From Lama guanicoe (taxonomy: Eukaryota), in the NCBI GenBank assembly GCA_013239625.1, contig MU053472.1:2187236-2239709 (forward strand): DNA of 52,474 nt, in the 5' to 3' direction. The notes beneath the pieces are model-generated. The model did not search any database and had not been told where the DNA came from. It saw only the letters and a list, made by a program, of their open reading frames with translations. The first letter of the stretch is position 1; every line of letters begins with the position of its first letter. A program made the translations under genes and the position numbers. This document shows, one piece after another, positions 48,506-52,474 of this stretch.

Positions 48506-51500
48506 TTTGCTCAGTATTATGGGCTACCTTGTGTTCTCCTCAAAATTCATATTTTCCCATATTTTTTGAGCTATTTGATTAGTGGTTGCTCCGGAGATTA
48601 CAATTAGCATTTTAAAACATTCCATTTCAAATTAATAGTATCTTAGTTTCAATAGTATACACCATTTATTCTCTGATATCTCCATTCCACCCTCCTTTGT
48701 ATTATTGTTGCTATACAATTTACATTTTAATATAAGCCCATTAATAGTTTTATAATTATTACTCTATGTTGTTGTTATTGAGAAGAGGTAGAAATAAAGA
48801 TTTTGAAAAACATACATTTACATTGTCATATATATTTATTTCTGTAGTTACTTTTACCAGTGCTCTTTACTCCTACATGAGGGTTTAAGTAACATTAAGC
48901 TAAATGTTTTTTTTCATTTAGCTTAAAGGACTGCAGTTAGCATTTCTTGTTAGGAAAGTTTGCTAGTGACCAATTCTGTTTTTGTTTATCTGAGAATGTC
49001 AGAATTCCTTCTTCATTTTAAAATGAAACCTTTCATTTTGAGATACTTGTAGACCAATATGCAGTTTTAAGATATAGAGATTCCATGACTTTTTACTCAG
49101 TTTCCCCATTTAGTATCTTACAGAACTTGAGCATGATATCACAACCAGGATGTTGACACTGAAGCAGTCAATTTGCAATATTTCCATCATGACCAGGATC
49201 TTTCATGTTGCCCTTTTATAACCATACCCACTGTCTTCCCACCTGCACTTTCTCCTTAATTCCTGGCAACCACTAGTCTGTTCACCATTTGAAAAAATTT
49301 GTCATATCAAGAATTTTACATAAATGGAATCACACAGTATGCAGTCTTTTGAGATTGGCTTTTTACTCTGCATAACTTTCTGGGGTTTCATTCGGGTTGT
49401 TGTATGTTATCAATAGCTCATTTCTTTTATTGTTGTGTAGTATTTCATAGTATGTCTATACTGTTTGTTCAGTCACTTGTTGAAGAATATCTGCATTGTT
49501 TTTGTCTTTTGGCTACTATGAATAAAACTGCTATAAAAATTGGTATACAGATTTCTGGGTGAACACAGTCTTCATTTCTCTGAGAATACAATTGCTATTG
49601 TATGGAGGCTGCACTCTTAGTTTTTTTTTTTTTAAATCAAGACAGTTTTTTAGAGCAGTTTTAAGGTCATAGAAAAATTGAGAGGAAGATACAGAGATTT
49701 TCATATACCCTCTGACCCCACACATGTATAGCCTCCCTTATTATCAACATCCCCCACGAGAGTGGTTCATTTGTTACAACTGATGAACCTACAATGACAC
49801 ATCATAATCACCCAAAGTCCAATTTACCTTATGGCTCATTCTTGGTGTTGCAGTCTATGGGTCTGGACATAATGATACTATAATTACACGTATCCAAAAT
49901 TATAGTATCATACTACACTATACTATACTATCATTGCCATAAAAATCCTCTGTGCTCTGCCAAATTCATCTTTTCCCACCACTCCCAAACCCTAGCAGCC
50001 ACTGACCTTTTTACTGTCTCTATAGTTTTAGTTTTCTTTTTCAAAATGTCATATAGTTGGAATGACACAGTATATAGCCTTTTCAGATGGACTTCTTCAC
50101 TTAGTAATATGCATTTAAAGTTTCTCAATGTCTTTTAATGGCTTAATAGTTCATTTCTTGTTAGTTCTGAATACTGCTCCATTGACTGGTATACCACAAT
50201 TTATTTATGCAGTTACCTACTGAAGGATATCTTTGTTGCTCCCAAGTTTTGGCAATTATGAATAAAGCTGCTATAAACATTTATGTGCGACCTTTTGTGT
50301 GGACATAAGTTTTCAACTTCTTTGAGTTAATAACAAGCAGTACAATTGCTGAATTGCATGGTAAGAATATGTTTAGTTTTGTAAGAGACTGCCAAACTGT
50401 CTTCCAAAATGGCAGCACAATTTTGCATTCTACCAGCAAGAAGTTCCTGTAGCTTCACATCCACATCAGTAATTGGTGTTGTCAGTGTTCCTCCACCAGG
50501 ATTTTTCTCACCTGTCAAGTATCAGTTGACTATATTTATTGGAGTCTATTTCTGGGCTCTTTATTCTGTTTCATCCATCTATTTTTCTGTTATTTCACCA
50601 ATAACACACTGTCTTGAAGTTGGGTACTGTCAGTCTTTCAATATCATTCTCCTTTAATGTTGTGTTGCCTGTTCTGGATCTTTGGCCTCTTCTTAATAGG
50701 TCTGTCAATATCCACAAAATAATTTGCTGGAATTTTGAATGGGACTGCATTGAATCCATAGATCAAGTCAGGAAGAACTGACATCTTGACAATATTGAGT
50801 CTCCCTAACCATAAATATGGAATATCTTTCCATTTATTTAGTTTTTCTCTGATTTCATTCATCAGATTTATAGCTTTCCTCATATAGATCTTGCACGTAT
50901 TTTGTTAGATTTATACCATTTTGGGAGGTGCTAATGTAAATGGTATTGTCCTTCAATTTCAATTTCATTTGTTCATTGATCATAATAGGGAAAGCATTTG
51001 ACTTTTGTATATTAACTTTGTATCCTACAGTCTTGCTATAATCACTTACCAGTTCCAGAAGGATTCTTTGTTGATTCTTTGTATTTTTTTCATAGATTAT
51101 CATGACATCTACAAAGTTTTATGTCTTCCTTCCCAATTTATGTATCTTTTATATCATCTTCTTGTCTTCTTGCTCTAGTAAGGACTTACAGTACAATGTT
51201 GGAAAGGAGTAGTGAGGTCTTATTATTAAGGTAATTCTGGCCTAACAGAATGAGTTCAGTAGTATTCCCTCTGTCTTTAACCTCTGAAAGAGACTGTAGA
51301 GGATTGGTATAATTTCTTCCTTAAAAGTTTAGTATAATTCACCAAGGAACCCATTTGGGCTGGGTGCATTCTGGTTTGGAAGGTTAATAATCATTGATTC
51401 AATTTTTAAAATAGCTATAGGCCTATTCAGATTGTCTATTTCCTTGTGTGAGTTTGGCAAATTATGTATTTCAAGGAATTGATCTAGTTCATCTAGGTTA

Positions 51501-52335
51501 TCAAATCTGCGGGCATGTATTGTTTACAGTATTTATTATCCTTTAAAGTCCATATGGTTGGTAGTGATGTCTCCTCTTTCATTTCTGACGCTAGTGATTT
51601 TTGTCCTCTTTTTTCTTGGCCTAGCTAGAGGCTTATCAATTTCTGATATTTTCAAAGAAGCAGCTTTTTGGTTTCATTCATTTTTCTCTATCAATTTTTC
51701 ATTTTCAATTTCATTGATTTTTGTTCTAATTATTATTTTTTCTTCTGGTTACCCTGAAGTTAATTTGCTCTCCTTTTTCCTAGTTTCCTAAGGTGGAAGC
51801 TTAGACTGAAAATTTTAGATACTTTTTTTAATCTATGCATTTGATGCTACAAATTTCTTCTAAGCACTGATATTGATGCATCCCACAAATTTTGCTAAGT
51901 TGTGTTTCATTTTCATTTAGTTCAATGTATTTTAAATTTTCTCTTGAGATTTCTTGTTTGACCCGCGTGTTATTTAGAAGTGTGTTGCTAGAAGTGTGTT
52001 ATCTCCATGTATTTGAGGATTTTCCACTTGTCTTTCTGTTATGACTTCTAGTTTAATTCCACTGTGATCTGAGAGCAGACATTGTATGATTTCTACTATT
52101 TTTAATGTGGTCTATCCTGGTGAATGTTTACTCTTATTTTCTGAACAAATTTCCGGATTGTTTTTGAGAGTGGCTGTACTATTTTACACTCCCACAGCAA
52201 TGTATGAGTGACGCAGTTTCTCTGCATTCTCACTATTGCTTGGTGGTGTCACAGTTTTAAACAAATATTAGTCATTCTGATAGGTATGTGCTGATACTTC
52301 ATTTCAGTTTGATTTGCATTTCCCTAGTGATGAGA
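48505..52335 (-). mobile_element. Nested minus-strand L1 fragments (inter-ORF region, two 3' UTRs, ORF2)
   Basis: ORF track KWKDIPYLWLGRLNIVKMSVLP and VGYKVNIQKS; 3' end ttttttagagcagttttaagg at ~49645. Confidence 0.88.
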
Positions 52336-52474
52336 CATAATACTGACTGGAACACTGATTGGCTTATTGCTTGGAAGATGCAAGATGTCAATTCTCCCCA
52401 AATTTATATACAGGTTTAATGCAATACCTGCCAGAACATTATCAAGGATTTTGTAGGTATAGACAAAGTTGTTC

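Noticed and set aside
37565..50490. Segmental duplication between 37565-38400 and 49630-50490
   Set aside because: Both are diverged copies of the same L1 3' end; similarity does not extend into unique flanks.
1..52474. Prokaryote-type systems (CRISPR arrays, operons, defence islands)
   Set aside because: The sequence is mammalian repeat-rich DNA with no regularly spaced repeats or dense ORFs.

Overview
Mammalian, AT-rich genomic DNA, most likely camelid (three Vic-1-type tRNA-derived SINEs). No intact protein-coding gene is visible. Roughly half the window is interspersed repeat: a near full-length degraded L1 at ~38.4-44.3 kb, many L1 fragments, L2, MIR, MER103C and several solo LTRs. The unique sequence between the repeats contains a chain of about 24 candidate minus-strand exons from ~44.9 kb down to 643. 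They have mostly canonical splice sites and largely compatible phases, but carry many in-frame stops and frameshifts. Manual translation gives repeated RGS-like helical modules resembling, but clearly not identical to, RGS22 and RGSL1 as I recall them. My best reading is an unprocessed, probably unitary, pseudogene of a third large multi-RGS-domain paralogue (~3.7 kb of candidate exon here, continuing off the left edge). Family assignment rests on remembered sequences and needs a database search. Repeat boundaries and subfamily names are approximate.
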